A DNA stretch of 64,000 nt from Spongospora subterranea f. sp. subterranea (lineage: Eukaryota). The position numbers and the translations under genes were made by a program. The notes below the pieces were generated by a model. It searched no databases. It was not told the DNA's origin and saw nothing but the letters and a program-made list of their open reading frames with translations. The stretch spans positions 1-64,000 of the forward strand of contig JAUGWO010000010.1 of assembly GCA_049724395.1 (NCBI GenBank), written 5' to 3'. This document shows positions 1 to 12,750 of the stretch, one piece after another (position 1 is the first letter of the stretch; the number at the start of each line of letters is the position of its first letter).

Positions 1-173
1 ATCTAATTCGCAGGAAGATCATTTGCGACAAATTCTGATATCGCCATCAGTGCATGAATCATCACTGTGGAAACGGGGGAACATTTTATCCCAACTCAAT
101 TGATGGATCAGAATTATTGATGGACCGTCGGAACTGTGCCCGCAATTGGGCGGTGCGGTTGACTGCACTGGCG

Positions 174-281
174 GAATATTCTTCAGTAACGTGTGGTACC
201 ACATTGCAGTCTATTTAATACGGAATGTTCTTCAAAACTGGGGTCAAGGAATATTCCACGATTTGAGTACCGACTATATAA
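174..281 (+). promoter_or_regulatory. Heat-shock promoter of HSP20 copy 1: three GAAnnTTC elements plus TATA box
   Basis: GAATATTC 174-181, GAATGTTC 223-230, GAATATTC 249-256 and TATATAA 275-281, ~85 bp before the HSP20 ATG; matches the HSF nGAAnnTTCn consensus. Confidence 0.75.
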
Positions 282-364
282 GGGATAGAGACTGAACCAA
301 TATATTCATTACAATAACAAACTAGCAATCAACACATCGTTTTCAGACCATCACTAGCAACACC

Positions 365-775
365 ATGAGCCTATCACTATTCGACTTCCATCGCGATTTG
401 GATCGTCAACTATTCGGCGGTGGGCAAATGAAATCTGCTCCAACACCTCAGATGAAAATGGAGTTGAGAGAATATGACAAGAACTACCAAGTCTCGGTTG
501 AGGTTCCAGGAATTCCCAAAGAAGAAATCAAACTGAGCGTTGATGGTGGCGTCCTAACTGTTTCAGCAGAACACAAAGAGCAACGGTCTGGTGAGAACAA
601 AGAAGAGCACATTCATTTCTCTGAGCGCTCATACGGATATTCATCTCGCTCGATCCGCCTTCCAAGAAATGCCAGCACTGAAAAGATTGGGGCCGAATAC
701 AAGAACGGGGTATTGACCATTGCGATTCCCAAAACGGATCCCAAAGCGGCCTCAAATTTTATCCAAATCAAGTGA
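365..775 (+). CDS. Small heat-shock protein (HSP20/alpha-crystallin domain), copy 1
   Basis: Intronless 136-aa ORF with ACD motifs (EVPGIPKEEIKLSV, ERSYG..SRSIRLP, AEYKNGVLTIAIPK). Confidence 0.95.
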   Translation: MSLSLFDFHRDLDRQLFGGGQMKSAPTPQMKMELREYDKNYQVSVEVPGIPKEEIKLSVDGGVLTVSAEHKEQRSGENKEEHIHFSERSYGYSSRSIRLPRNASTEKIGAEYKNGVLTIAIPKTDPKAASNFIQIK

Positions 776-968
776 AACAATAAATAGTACAACATATTTT
801 TGATCATTAATTTCAATATTTGACGTTGGTGTAGTTCTGGCGATCATATTCAATTAAATGACCCTTGGCTTATTCCTGATAAAGGTTTGATTGTGTATTC
901 TGCCATTTCCATTCCAAGTTTCCTGGAATATGCACCTGAGTATACTGTTGAGCTGCTATCTTTATAAC

Positions 969-3900
969 TGGGTACATGGTGTTTCGTGAGTGGGTACATG
1001 GTGTTTCATGAGTGGGTACATGGTGTTTCATGAGTGGGTACATGGTGTTTCATGAGTGGGTACATGGTGTTTCGTGAGTGGGTACATGGTGTTTCATGAG
1101 TGGGTACATGGTGTTTCATGAGTGGGTACATGGTGTTTCATGAGTGGGTACATGGTGTTTCATGAGTGGGTACATGGTGTTTCATGAGTGGGTACATGGT
1201 GTTTCATGAGTGGGTACATGGTGTTTCATGAGTGGGTACATGGTGTTTCATGAGTGGGTACATGGTGTTTCATGAGTGGGTACATGGTGTTTCATGAGTG
1301 GGTACATGGTGTTTCATGAGTGGGTACATGGTGTTTCGTGAGTGGGTACATGGTGTTTCATGAGTGGGTACATGGTGTTTCATGAGTGGGTACATGGTGT
1401 TTCATGAGTGGGTACATGGTGTTTCATGAGTGGGTACATGGTGTTTCATGAGTGGGTACATGGTGTTTCATGAGTGGGTACATGGTGTTTCATGAGTGGG
1501 TACATGGTGTTTCGTGAGTGGGTACATGGTGTTTCGTGAGTGGGTACATGGTGTTTCATGAGTGGGTACATGGTGTTTCATGAGTGGGTACATGGTGTTT
1601 CATGAGTGGGTACATGGTGTTTCATGAGTGGGTACATGGTGTTTCATGAGTGGGTACATGGTGTTTCATGAGTGGGTACATGGTGTTTCATGAGTGGGTA
1701 CATGGTGTTTCATGAGTGGGTACATGGTGTTTCATGAGTGGGTACATGGTGTTTCATGAGTGGGTACATGGTGTTTCGTGAGTGGGTACATGGTGTTTCG
1801 TGAGTGGGTACATGGTGTTTCATGAGTGGGTACATGGTGTTTCGTGAGTGGGTACATGGTGTTTCATGAGTGGGTACATGGTGTTTCATGAGTGGGTACA
1901 TGGTGTTTCGTGAGTGGGTACATGGTGTTTCATGAGTGGGTACATGGTGTTTCATGAGTGGGTACATGGTGTTTCATGAGTGGGTACATGGTGTTTCGTG
2001 AGTGGGTACATGGTGTTTCGTGAGTGGGTACATGGTGTTTCATGAGTGGGTACATGGTGTTTCATGAGTGGGTACATGGTGTTTCATGAGTGGGTACATG
2101 GTGTTTCATGAGTGGGTACATGGTGTTTCATGAGTGGGTACATGGTGTTTCATGAGTGGGTACATGGTGTTTCGTGAGTGGGTACATGGTGTTTCGTGAG
2201 TGGGTACATGGTGTTTCATGAGTGGGTACATGGTGTTTCATGAGTGGGTACATGGTGTTTCGTGAGTGGGTACATGGTGTTTCATGGTGTTTCATGAGTG
2301 GGTACATGGTGTTTCATGAGTGGGTACATGGTGTTTCATGAGTGGGTACATGGTGTTTCGTGAGTGGGTACATGGTGTTTGTTGGGTACATGGTGTTTCA
2401 TGAGTGGGTACATGGTGTTTCGTGAGTGGGTACATGGTGTTTCATGAGTGGGTACATGGTGTTTCATGAGTGGGTACATGAGTGGGTACATGGTGTTTCG
2501 TGAGTGGGTACATGGTGTTTCATGAGTGGGTACATGGTGTTTCATGAGTGGGTACATGGTGTTTCGTGAGTGGGTACATGGTGTTTCATGAGTGGGTACA
2601 TGGTGTTTCGTGAGTGGGTACATGGTGTTTCATGAGTGGGTACATGGTGTTTCATGAGTGGGTACATGGTGTTTCATGAGTGGGTACATGGTGTTTCATG
2701 AGTGGGTACATGGTGTTTCATGAGTGGGTACATGGTGTTTCATGAGTGGGTACATGGTGTTTCATGAGTGGGTACATGGTGTTTCATGAGTGGGTACATG
2801 GTGTTTCATGAGTGGGTACATGGTGTTTCATGAGTGGGTACATGGTGTTTCATGAGTGGGTACATGGTGTTTCATGAGTGGGTACATGGTGTTTCATGAG
2901 TGGGTACATGGTGTTTCGTGAGTGGGTACATGGTGTTTCATGAGTGGGTACATGGTGTTTCATGAGTGGGTACATGGTGTTTCAGTGGGTACATGGTGTT
3001 TCGTGAGTGGGTATGGTGTTTCATGAGTGGGTACATGGTGTTTCGTGAGTGGGTACATGGTGTTTCATGAGTGGGTACATGGTGTTTCGTGAGTGGGTAC
3101 ATGGTGTTTCATGAGTGGGTACATGGTGTTTCATGAGTGGGTACATGGTGTTTCATGAGTGGGTACATGGTGTTTCGTGAGTGGGTACATGGTGTTTCGT
3201 GAGTGGGTACATGGTGTTTCATGAGTGGGTACATGGTGTTTCGTGAGTGGGTACATGGTGTTTCAGTGAGTGGGTACATGGTGTTTCATGAGTGGGTACA
3301 TGGTGTTTCATGAGTGGGTACATGGTGTTTCATGAGTGGGTACATGGTGTTTCGTGAGTGGGTACATGGTGTTTTTCATGAGTGGGTACATGGTGTTTCA
3401 TGAGTGGGTACATGGTGTTTCATGAGTGGGTACATGGTGTTTCATGAGTGGGTACATGGTGTTTCGTGAGTGGGTACATGGTGTTTCGTGAGTGGGTACA
3501 TGGTGTTTCATGAGTGGGTACATGGTGTTTCATGAGTGGGTACATGGTGTTTCGTGAGTGGGTACATGGTGTTTCGTGAGTGGGTACATGGGTACATGGT
3601 GTTTCATGAGTGGGTACATGGTGTTTCATGAGTGGGTACATGGTGTTTCATGAGTGGGTACATGGTGTTTCATGAGTGGGTACATGGTGTTTCATGAGTG
3701 GGTACATGGTGTTTCATGAGTGGGTACATGGTGTTTCGTGAGTGGGTACATGGTGTTTCATGAGTGGGTACATGGTGTTTGTGAGTGGGTACATGGTGTT
3801 TCATGAGTGGGTACATGGTGTTTCGTGAGTGGGTACATGGTGTTTCATGAGTGGGTACATGGTGTTTCGTGAGTGGGTACATGGTGTTTCGTGAGTGGGT

Positions 3901-3987
3901 ACATGGTGTTTCGTTGAGTGGGTACATGGTGTTTCGTGAGTGGGTACATGGTGTTTCGTGAGTGGGTACATGGTGTTTCTGTGGGTA
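969..3987. repeat. 22-bp tandem satellite, unit GAGTGGGTACATGGTGTTTC(A/G)T, ~137 copies
   Basis: Directly visible period-22 array with one recurring A/G variant site and a few small indels; no spacers. Confidence 0.98.
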
Positions 3988-4129
3988 GTAGGTGTGGTAA
4001 AATCAATACAGCCGTACTGTATTTATTATTTTTCGCGTGATATGTTAATGTAAATGTCCCCCCATTGCAACTCTCGTATTCCGTACATCTGCACGGAAGT
4101 TTATGACAAGCACAATACCTGTATTGATG

Positions 4130-4275
4130 GAATGTTCTTCTGTCATTTGGTACACCGCAATATCACTGTGATATCTGTTACGGATTGTTCTTCGACTGCG
4201 AACTTAGGAGGGTCCATGATTAAAATACCGCCTAAGAAAGCGTGAGCTTTTGCACCAACAAATTCATTTATAAAA
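4130..4275 (+). promoter_or_regulatory. Heat-shock-like promoter of HSP20 copy 2
   Basis: GAATGTTC 4130-4137 and TATAAAA 4269-4275 upstream of the ATG at 4322. Confidence 0.5.
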
Positions 4276-4321
4276 CAACCAAGCAATCAACACTTCGTTC
4301 TAGAGCATCCCAAGCATCATC

Positions 4322-4732
4322 ATGAGCCTATCACTTTTCGACTTTCATCGCGATTTGGATCGTCAACTATTCGGAAATGGACAAATGAAATCTGGTCCTA
4401 CACCCCAGATGAAATTGGAGTTGAGAGAATATGACACTTACTACAAACTTTTCGCTGAAGTTCCAGGAATTCCCAAAAATGAGATTAAGCTGAGCTTCGA
4501 CAGTGGCATTTTAACTGTTTCAGGAGATTACAAGGAGCAGCGGTCTGGTGAAAACAAAGAAGAGCACATCCACTTTTCAGAACGTTTATACGGGTGTTCC
4601 TCTCGCTCGATCCGCCTTCCAAGGAATGTCAGCCCTGAGAAAATCACCGCCGAATACAGACACGGGGTTTTGGCTATTCAAATACCCAAAACAGGTGCCA
4701 AAGCGACTCCTAATTTTATCCAGATCAAGTAA
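4322..4732 (+). CDS. Small heat-shock protein (HSP20), copy 2
   Basis: 136-aa paralog of 365..775 with the same N-terminus MSLSLFDFHRDLDRQLFG and ACD motifs. Confidence 0.95.
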   Translation: MSLSLFDFHRDLDRQLFGNGQMKSGPTPQMKLELREYDTYYKLFAEVPGIPKNEIKLSFDSGILTVSGDYKEQRSGENKEEHIHFSERLYGCSSRSIRLPRNVSPEKITAEYRHGVLAIQIPKTGAKATPNFIQIK

Positions 4733-5443
4733 ACTAGTAAAAATTATAACACATATTCAATGGCTTTTCGATGGGAACAAACTAACTCGTGATCGCTCGT
4801 GAATTTACACGAGAACAGTCACAAAGGGATATTTTAGATACCGATAATAGTTGCCGAACATTCATGGCGGGTAATTGCAAGTTAGGCTTTCTGACAACGT
4901 CGAGAACAAACTGTAATTAAAGCAGCACACCCAACTTACTTTTCTAATGCGCAAAGAAATAAGCCAGGTTTATGTACTTTTCGATAATAAACCACTTCAT
5001 CGTATGCGGTGATACGACATCGTTTGCTTAACAATGTATCCATCTCATGCTTTCGGATGCAAGACATGAACCGTGACTACAGCTCATCATGGCATCTCTC
5101 ATCGCTCGTCACCCATCGCACACAATGGTTTCGTTTTCCTTTCACTCATCATTCAACACATAGTGTAGGCTAATGAGTAAAACCAGCCAAGAGTGACATC
5201 TTTCGTTGGGGCCGGATCCATTTACAATGGAGGTCTTAACTTCGCCTCACACTCGGACCGAAATGATCGAGTCCCTTGCTGAACAAGCTTCCTTCTTAAA
5301 TACAGAAGACATTAATCACGTTTGGTCTAAACAACTAACCGAGTGAGAAGCCCTGGCACGACCATACGGTCGATTGCGCTCAGTCTCCCAATGACGTATG
5401 TGGTCATGCGGTGTAGCCGTGTTGATGATACATTTGGAGTGTA

Positions 5444-8006
5444 CAGTACGGGACACCTTAACTCGACAATGTTTGTATGGGGCTCGCGGAGTTTTGTAAT
5501 GGCCAAAGACACATCAATGCAGAATGAAAAGCAGCTCTATTTTCGGGTAAATCTCGTCGAGAAGCAAATAGAAATAGAGTTAAATGGATTTTTTATTGAG
5601 CTATTATTGACTGAGTTATCTAAGGTCGAATACTAAGTGGTAGAAGACCTTTTTGAAACTTGGCAGGGGAAAAACAATAATTACTTCAAAAGTGCGCGCA
5701 ACCCGGTTCGCAATATTTGTAGCGTCTGTCACGCAAAATAATATTTGCGGCCCATTTTTTGTGAACTGCGTCAGTCGTCCGGGGCAAGTTGCCGTCGACG
5801 CAATCACTTGATTATTCCATCCTTGTGTTGTATTATTAATAACACAAATATGCCACAATCATCGAAACAAAAACGACACCTCAAACGATGTCGACAACAC
5901 AGGAACGCGATCGTAGTTTCTCCATCCCCAACGGACGAAGCAGATGATTCGTATCCGCGTCTCGAAGACGATAGTGTTGATATGGCCGACGACGATTACT
6001 TATTGAATAGTGGGGATGACAACATGATTGAAGAACAGATCTTGAAGTCCACAGCAACGCTCTTACAGTGGAAGGCTGGTGCTGGGTCACATTTTCGAGC
6101 AGTTTATACCGGAGATAGCAGGACAACACTTTGGCGAGCAAACAAAAAGAAGTGGAAGAAAAGGAAAAAATATTCAAGACCGCTCGTAAAATTACTGACT
6201 ACTTTGCGCCAACGAGCATCATAAATACCGTTCCTGAAGAACCTGCATCAGAACCTGCATCTATCACCCCTGAAAAAGCCCTAAAAATCATATCTCAGTT
6301 TACTGACATAACGGCAAACAGATGTGTTGAACGACGACTCCTTGGAGTATCTAAATACGATACGCTGCGATACTTGAGCATCGAGCAATATTTTATGTTG
6401 AGCATGGATGCCGGTAAGAAGATGTCTGCATCCTTAACCGTTGCGAAATCTTTCTTTCGTATTAAAGGACTTCAACATCACGCCAGAAATATTCGACACT
6501 GGGCAGAGTACTTTTTGAAACATCAAACTTTGCCTGAACGCAAGCAAGGGTGCCACATCAAGTATACTTCGCTAATTTTGGATGAGGACATTGCGAGCAG
6601 ATGCCGGTCTTGGCTCAGGTCTACAAAAAACGATGCAATATCGGGTTTGACGATTTCTCGATGGATCAACACGCAGTTGCACATTGATCCTGAATCTTTG
6701 CAACCCCATTGCCATATCAGAGAAAACGTGCCTTCGCTGGCTCAAATTTCTGGGTTATCAATATCGAGAATTTAAAAAAGGATTGTATCATGATGGGCAC
6801 GAACGAAACGACGTAGTTCAGTACAGGGAAGCTTTCCTCGATCGAATGGCAATTTATGATCGTCGAATTCCAAAGTATATCGGCGAGGATATGTTGACGG
6901 TAAATGAACCGCAACTTGAAAATGACGAGCGCAGAATTGTTCTGGTGACGCACGACGAATCTTGTTTTAGCGCTCATGAGGGAAAACGCACGATTTGGTT
7001 TGATCAGGATAACCGACCATTTCGACCCAAGGGTGAAGAAAGGAGCATTATGGTGTCGGAGTTCATCTGTGAATGTCATGGACCGATGAAACTGACAGGC
7101 AATGATCAAGCAGAAAATCCCCTAGTTCCTACTGAAACTGTGGTTATCATCAAGCCAGGTAAGAACGCGGACGGCTTCTGGACAAACCAAGACCTGGTCA
7201 AACAGATCCAAGAACGAGCAATTCCGATTTTCCGAATTTTGCATCCAAAAAGCAAAATGCTGCTAATGTTCGATAACTCCCAGAACCACCGAGCATTGCC
7301 GCCTGACGCTCTAAATGCTAAAGTTCTGAACCTGAATGATGGCGGAAAGAACGTAAAACTGCAGCGTCCAGGATGGTTCATGAAACAGGGACAACGAGTT
7401 GAACAGATGATGCAGACGAATGCGGGAGTCCAGAAAGGGTTGAGAACCATTTTGCAAGAACGTGGCTTGTGGGAAAACTACTTATCGAAAGACTCAGCCA
7501 AATCAGTTCTTGAGCAACAACCGGATTTTCGGGCGCAAAAAGAATGGATCGTCGAAACAGTCGAACAAAATGACGGAATAGTTGACTTCTACCCGAAATT
7601 TCATTGTGAGTTTAACTTTATCGAGATGTATTGGGCTGCGGCCAAGAGTTACACTCGACGCAACTGCACGTACTCTTGGAAAGATTTGCAGATTGTTGTA
7701 CCGAAGGCGTTGAAGCAGGTTCCTCTAGGACAAATTCGGCGCTTCGCCCAAAAGTGTTATCGATATATGGACGCTTACCGAATAGTTGACGCTTCTGGGA
7801 ACAGGCTCTCTGTCCGACAAGCAGAATACGCCGTCAAGAAGTACAAACGCCACCGCATTCTACCAGAATCACTAATTGCGCAACTTGATTGATTTTGATG
7901 TCATTTTCTGTGCGCAGATAAAAACTGCGAGCAATAATACAAAGTGCGTACGCATTTTTTACAAAGTCGATTTGAAACAATTGTCGAGTTAAGGTGTCCC
8001 GTACTG
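5444..8006 (+). mobile_element. Tc1/mariner-IS630 superfamily DNA transposon (2563 bp)
   Basis: Perfect 27-bp TIRs CAGTACGGGACACCTTAACTCGACAAT (5444-5470; reverse complement at 7980-8006), TA duplications at 5442-5443 and 8007-8008, internal DDE transposase. Confidence 0.95.
5850..7892 (+). pseudogene. DDE transposase (DD116E), split by two apparent frameshifts at ~6140 and ~6685
   Basis: ATG at 5850; three overlapping ORFs; motifs VTHDESCF, LMFDNSQNH and YPKFHCEFNFIEMYW; HTH-like ISEKTCLRWLKFLGY. The frameshifts could be decay or read errors. Confidence 0.85.
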
Positions 8007-8025
8007 TACTCAGCACCTGGACACA

Positions 8026-9992
8026 ATGGCGGAGAGGAAGCCATGCCAGTTGCCACAGTACCGACCGGTTTCGACTTACGGGGCCGCTCTTAAAGGCTGC
8101 TCCCGTTTGATCATTTTCTAGAATGAGGATCGCTTTCCGCTTATTTTTTCGTTTGAATTAATCGGTTTTAAGCACTACGGGGCTTGACCCAGTCCATTGA
8201 ACTGGCGAACGCCTGGAGACAGCGGAGCCGCAAACCGGTTTGGCGCTCAATGGAAGTTGACCGGGGTTTTCGATGGGGCCTGAATTGGTTCTATTTCACT
8301 CTTGGCATAAATCTCGCTTTACCTGTAAATGTTTATCGCTATGACATGGTTTGTTGTTCTTACTATGCAATGAAAGTTGCTGCCTACCAAAACTATATTG
8401 ATGGATGAACTTCGTTGCTCTCCGTCGACGATGGCGTTCGTTATGAGTTGGATCAACCTTCCCTGGGGTGTGAAACCAGTATATGGCTTCATTTCCGATT
8501 CATTCCCAATTCGAGGATATCGTCGTACACCGTATTTGTGCCTGGGCCTTTTAGCTAACGCCATGTCCTGGTTGGCCCTATCGTACATCGGGGCTTCTCT
8601 TGGACTCTATCATGTGTTCTTCTGGCTCTTCATGTCATCGCTCAGTCTCGTCAGCAGTTTTGATTCATATTGATGTGGTTTTCCACTAATACCGTATTAT
8701 CTGAAGGTCGTTGCCGATGCCGCTATTGATTCCCTTCTCGTTGACTGCGTCCAGCTAGAATCTACTGCAAATTTAGGCGAGCTGCAATCTGGAGTCTGGA
8801 TCTCGAGGTCAGTTGGCAGTTTATTGTCAGCTTCTGCTGCCGGAATCGCCATGGATCATTATGGGATGAGCTCTGAAGTCAGTGCGAATCTGAAGAGTTA
8901 TATCTGTCCCTGAGCCAAGTACCTCAGACAATGTTTGCCATAGCAGCGGTGTTTGCATTATCCGGATTATTTGCTGTACAGGTTGTTCGTGAGGTTCCTG
9001 ATTACAGCCCCAAACAACGACCATTGGTTGTATTCAAGACCAGGCTTGCAGATCTGGTTCGGTTTTGGTCGACAGATTGTATATGGAGAACATGTGGGTT
9101 TGTCCTTCTGTTTTCAGCGTCGCCAACTAGTGGTGACGTTATATTTTACTTTATGAGGTAGGAATATTGTCTATATTCTGGCACGTAACTAATTTCCGCA
9201 GAACAACTTTGGGATTTTCTCTCTCGTTCCTCGGTGTTCTTACGGTCGCTGGTCATGCCTCATATATAATCGGGTCGTGGTTGTATCGCGATTATCTTAG
9301 GAAACTGTCCTTTCGAACATTGATGAAGGGGACAATATGGGTGGCCTTCGGTGTTGGAATGACGACGGTGATCGTTGTCAAGAGGTGAGATTTGACTGAT
9401 GATTCATAGAACACCTTTGATTCCTTACAGGTGGAATAAAAATGTTCTACATCCCTGACCATGCGTTTGTTCTAGGAGATACAATCTTTTTGGCAGTCTG
9501 CGCGTAAATGGCTGTTTGCCGGATCTCGGAAATTTACCAAAATTGTTCTTAGGCAGATTGCGTTCATGCCAGTGATTGTCCTGGCAGCCAAAATGGCCCC
9601 ACCAGGCGCTGAAGGCACGATATACAACTCTGTCATTTCGGTTTCGAACCTTGGCAGTGTATTCAGTGAATTTTCTGGCGGCGTGTTGACCAACTTGTTA
9701 GACGTCCGGGAAGACAACTTTACAGTATGTCTGAAATGTTGCTTTCGAATGATGGTCTATTCACTCATTTCGTTAGAATTTATGGTTGCTTATTCTGATA
9801 TGTAACCTTACGACTCTTCTGCCATTACCGTTCCTGTGGATGCTTCCCGAAATCAGGGAATTACTGGAACATGAAACTTTGGTTCCAACCGAAACTACAT
9901 TTTCCAGCGACAATGAGCTTGATGACTTCATAGATCCAATGATTCAAACAGAGCTCAGCCCATTGTTTCATGATAACAAACTAAATTTGTAA
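8026..9992 (+). CDS. Folate-biopterin transporter (BT1 family, MFS), multi-exon; start uncertain
   Basis: LPWGVKPVYGFISDSFPIRGYRRTPYL and LAAKMAPPGAEGTIYNSVISVSNLG motifs; GT-AG introns (e.g. 8325-8376) join the ORF pieces in frame. Confidence 0.85.
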
Positions 9993-10049
9993 CTATTATC
10001 AAAATTCGCCCATGATGATCAAGCCAAATATATATAGTTAATGAGCTCT

Positions 10050-11974
10050 CTATCTAGATTGATTATTATCGGCCTGATCCTCGTCGTGTTCACTGGTGTC
10101 AAATATCGGAATCGGTTGCGTCTCAGCATACGCCCGTCCAAAGAAAATCGGATCGGCTTTGGCTTTCTCGGCATGAGACAAAATCGCCTCCCGAGGATCG
10201 ACATCCTGCTGTTGTGACGTGTCTTGTGCCATTCCCGCCAACATATATTTAGAGAACGATGAGCCAATTGCTCCACCGCGACCTTTTCCACCGATCGGTA
10301 ATTCAGGAATCTTGCCCTTTCTCGGATCCAAGGCATCCTTCTCCCTTTGACGTTTGCGACTAACCACAACTTCCCCATAAATATGAGGAACGGTAACTGC
10401 ATGGAAATCCATCGGGTCTTTCTTCTTGGGTTTCCGGCCGACGCAAAGCATGGCGCCTTTAGTGCTCAAGTCAGGATTGTATAGAACATGAACATTGAAA
10501 TCTGCACATCCAACGCAGATCTGGTTGATGGCTTCATTCCAGATGACACGAATAGCGGCTCCATCCGAGATAGCAACCGTTTGCACAACTTCGAGCGTCT
10601 GCCTATCGATGAAAACAAGGCTTCCTTGACCCTCCCCGCGTTTAGCCGAAACACAGCCAACAATCAATCGTTCATCAGGTGATAAAATCACATCGGTTTC
10701 AGGGAACATGTTCAACAAGTCCGGGAACGTCTTCAAGGGTGCCTTGAAATTGCGAACATCCCATGCTTTGATCGTGTTATCGCCACCCCGGGAGATCAGT
10801 TGCTCCCCGTTTTTGGTAAATACAATGCGAGATGTGGACGTGTTAGCCTCGTGAGCATTGCGAATATGCAGCCTGGGTCTGACGAATCGGCTGTTGTTAT
10901 CCCATATCTGCAGTGATCCATCTTGACAAGCAGCGGCCAACAATTTCGCATCGGACGAGACAGTGCAGGAAGTGACAGGCAATCGACCACGATCCGCTTT
11001 AACTTTAATCACGTCCCGAGCTTTGGATGTTTTGTTCACATCCCATATACGAACTGTCCCATCACCAGCAGCGGTTATGAACAGATTGGGGGTCGGTAGG
11101 AACCCATTGCCCGCCTAAACACATACAGCTAAGCTGCTTTGCACGATGACAATAAAAACCTGAAAAATCTACCTACACAGCCACAAACGTGGCCCATTGT
11201 GTTCTTCATGTCACGAAGATACATATCGCCACGAGCGAATTCTGCTAGCTGTTTACCATCTCGATCAAATATTAATGGACGTTTGGATCCAGTTACTACT
11301 AGCACCCGATTTGGAGTCGGGAAACTATACGCTAAATCCACAATTTGGTGTCCACTATCGGGTTCAATTTCGCGAAAGGCGCGTGTACGTCGATCCATTC
11401 CATTGAAGTCCCAAAAGCGCATCATGTAATCGTATCCACCTGTAATTAGACGTGATCCCGATCGATCCAGCGTCATACTGGACACCGCCTTCCCATGGCC
11501 AGCCATAGAGACCTGATGCGATATTGGCAGCTGGTATTCATTGATGACCGATAGGTCTATTGATGGTTGTGTAGATTGAGGAGGTAAATCTGGACCAAAG
11601 CTATCATCGTCATCATCGCCAATGTTTTGAACTGCACTCTTGGTTGGCAATTGAGGACCGAAATCATCATCATCGTCATCATCGTCAACATTGGCGGGTT
11701 GAGATCCTTGTTGAGGGTTTCTTCGTGATTGATCAGGTAGCGATGGTATTCGGAATCCATGGGAGGGGGTATCTTGTGGCAGGTCGGACGTGTCTTTTGT
11801 CTGTAATGGTTTAACGGATTGTCGTGGGGTAATCCCGAAATGGGCAATTAATGATGCGCCAAACGACTCTTCTTTCCTCGAGCGAAGGTATTCACCAGAG
11901 GGCATCGGTCGATCATCAGCATAGCCTCGCGACCGCCTCATACGCCGCATCTCCTCCAGATCATCGTCGTCCAT
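10050..11974 (-). CDS. WDR70: WD40-repeat protein WDR70/GAD-1-like
   Basis: Acidic N-terminus with DDFGPxLP repeats, LPISHQVSMAGHGKAVS, GDMYLRDMKNTMGH, C-terminal DPREAILSHA..AYAETQP; one intron at ~11115-11172. Confidence 0.85.
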
Positions 11975-12214
11975 GGCCGGCCCACCCAAAGGTATGATTG
12001 CCCCGTACATGGCGCTACGGCTGGTAGCGCAACCCACCGCCACCGGCCTCAGAAATGATACTGTAATGCTGCGATCATTCAACCAAGAACCAACCCTGCG
12101 GTCCCTGCCCGCAATTGTCAATTTTGATCAGTGCTGCTATTTAACGGTTTTTGTACAAGGCGCAAACAAAATACATTATCCTTTCGGCGATAACGAGATA
12201 TTACAAGCAATAGA

Positions 12215-12613
12215 TTAATTTATATGAATAAAGTTGGTTGTCGGTTTGGGTTCATGTTTGGGTATTTTGATGGACAACACCCCATCTTCGTATTCGGCCT
12301 CGATTTTATCAGCGCTAATATTCCTTGGAAGGCGGATCGAGCGAGATGGACATCCGTACGAGCGCTCTGAGAAATGTACACGACCTCCAGGGTGTTGCTC
12401 CTTGTGTTCTGCTGAAACCGTTAGGACACCATTCTCTACGCTAAGCTTGATCTCGTCTTTGGAAATCCCAGGAACCTCGACCGATACCGTGTAGTTCATG
12501 TCACTTTCTCTCAGCTCCATCTTCATCTGAGGCGTTGGATCATACTTTAACTGCCCATTGCCGAATAGCTCGCGTTCAAGATCGCGCGGACAATCGAATA
12601 GTAATAAGCTCAT
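12215..12613 (-). CDS. Small heat-shock protein (HSP20), copy 3 (most diverged)
   Basis: 132-aa ACD ORF paralogous to the other copies. Confidence 0.93.
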   Translation of the reverse strand: MSLLLFDCPRDLERELFGNGQLKYDPTPQMKMELRESDMNYTVSVEVPGISKDEIKLSVENGVLTVSAEHKEQHPGGRVHFSERSYGCPSRSIRLPRNISADKIEAEYEDGVLSIKIPKHEPKPTTNFIHIN

Positions 12614-12680
12614 TTTGAATAGACGATGTGTTGAATAACAAACTGTTTTGGAATGGCTATGATTGCTGAAATCGCCACGA

Positions 12681-12750
12681 TTTTATAGTGGGTACGAGGA
12701 TTGTGGAATGTTCCGATAATGGAATGTTCCGTTCCAGTTAAGGAACATTC
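12681..12750 (-). promoter_or_regulatory. Heat-shock promoter of HSP20 copy 3
   Basis: GAATGTTC 12706-12713 and 12722-12729, GAACATTC 12743-12750; CTATAAAA on the minus strand at 12681-12688. Confidence 0.7.

Noticed and set aside
969..3987. CRISPR array, telomeric repeat or repeat-protein ORFs (MYPLMKHHVPTHETPC...)
   Set aside because: There are no unique spacers and the context is eukaryotic. The array is internal and flanked by genes. The ORFs arise because the 22-bp period cycles through frames and stop whenever the A variant creates TGA.
6135..6700. Programmed ribosomal frameshifting in the transposase
   Set aside because: Two separate shifts are needed and the second has no clear slippery site; decay or sequencing indels are simpler explanations.
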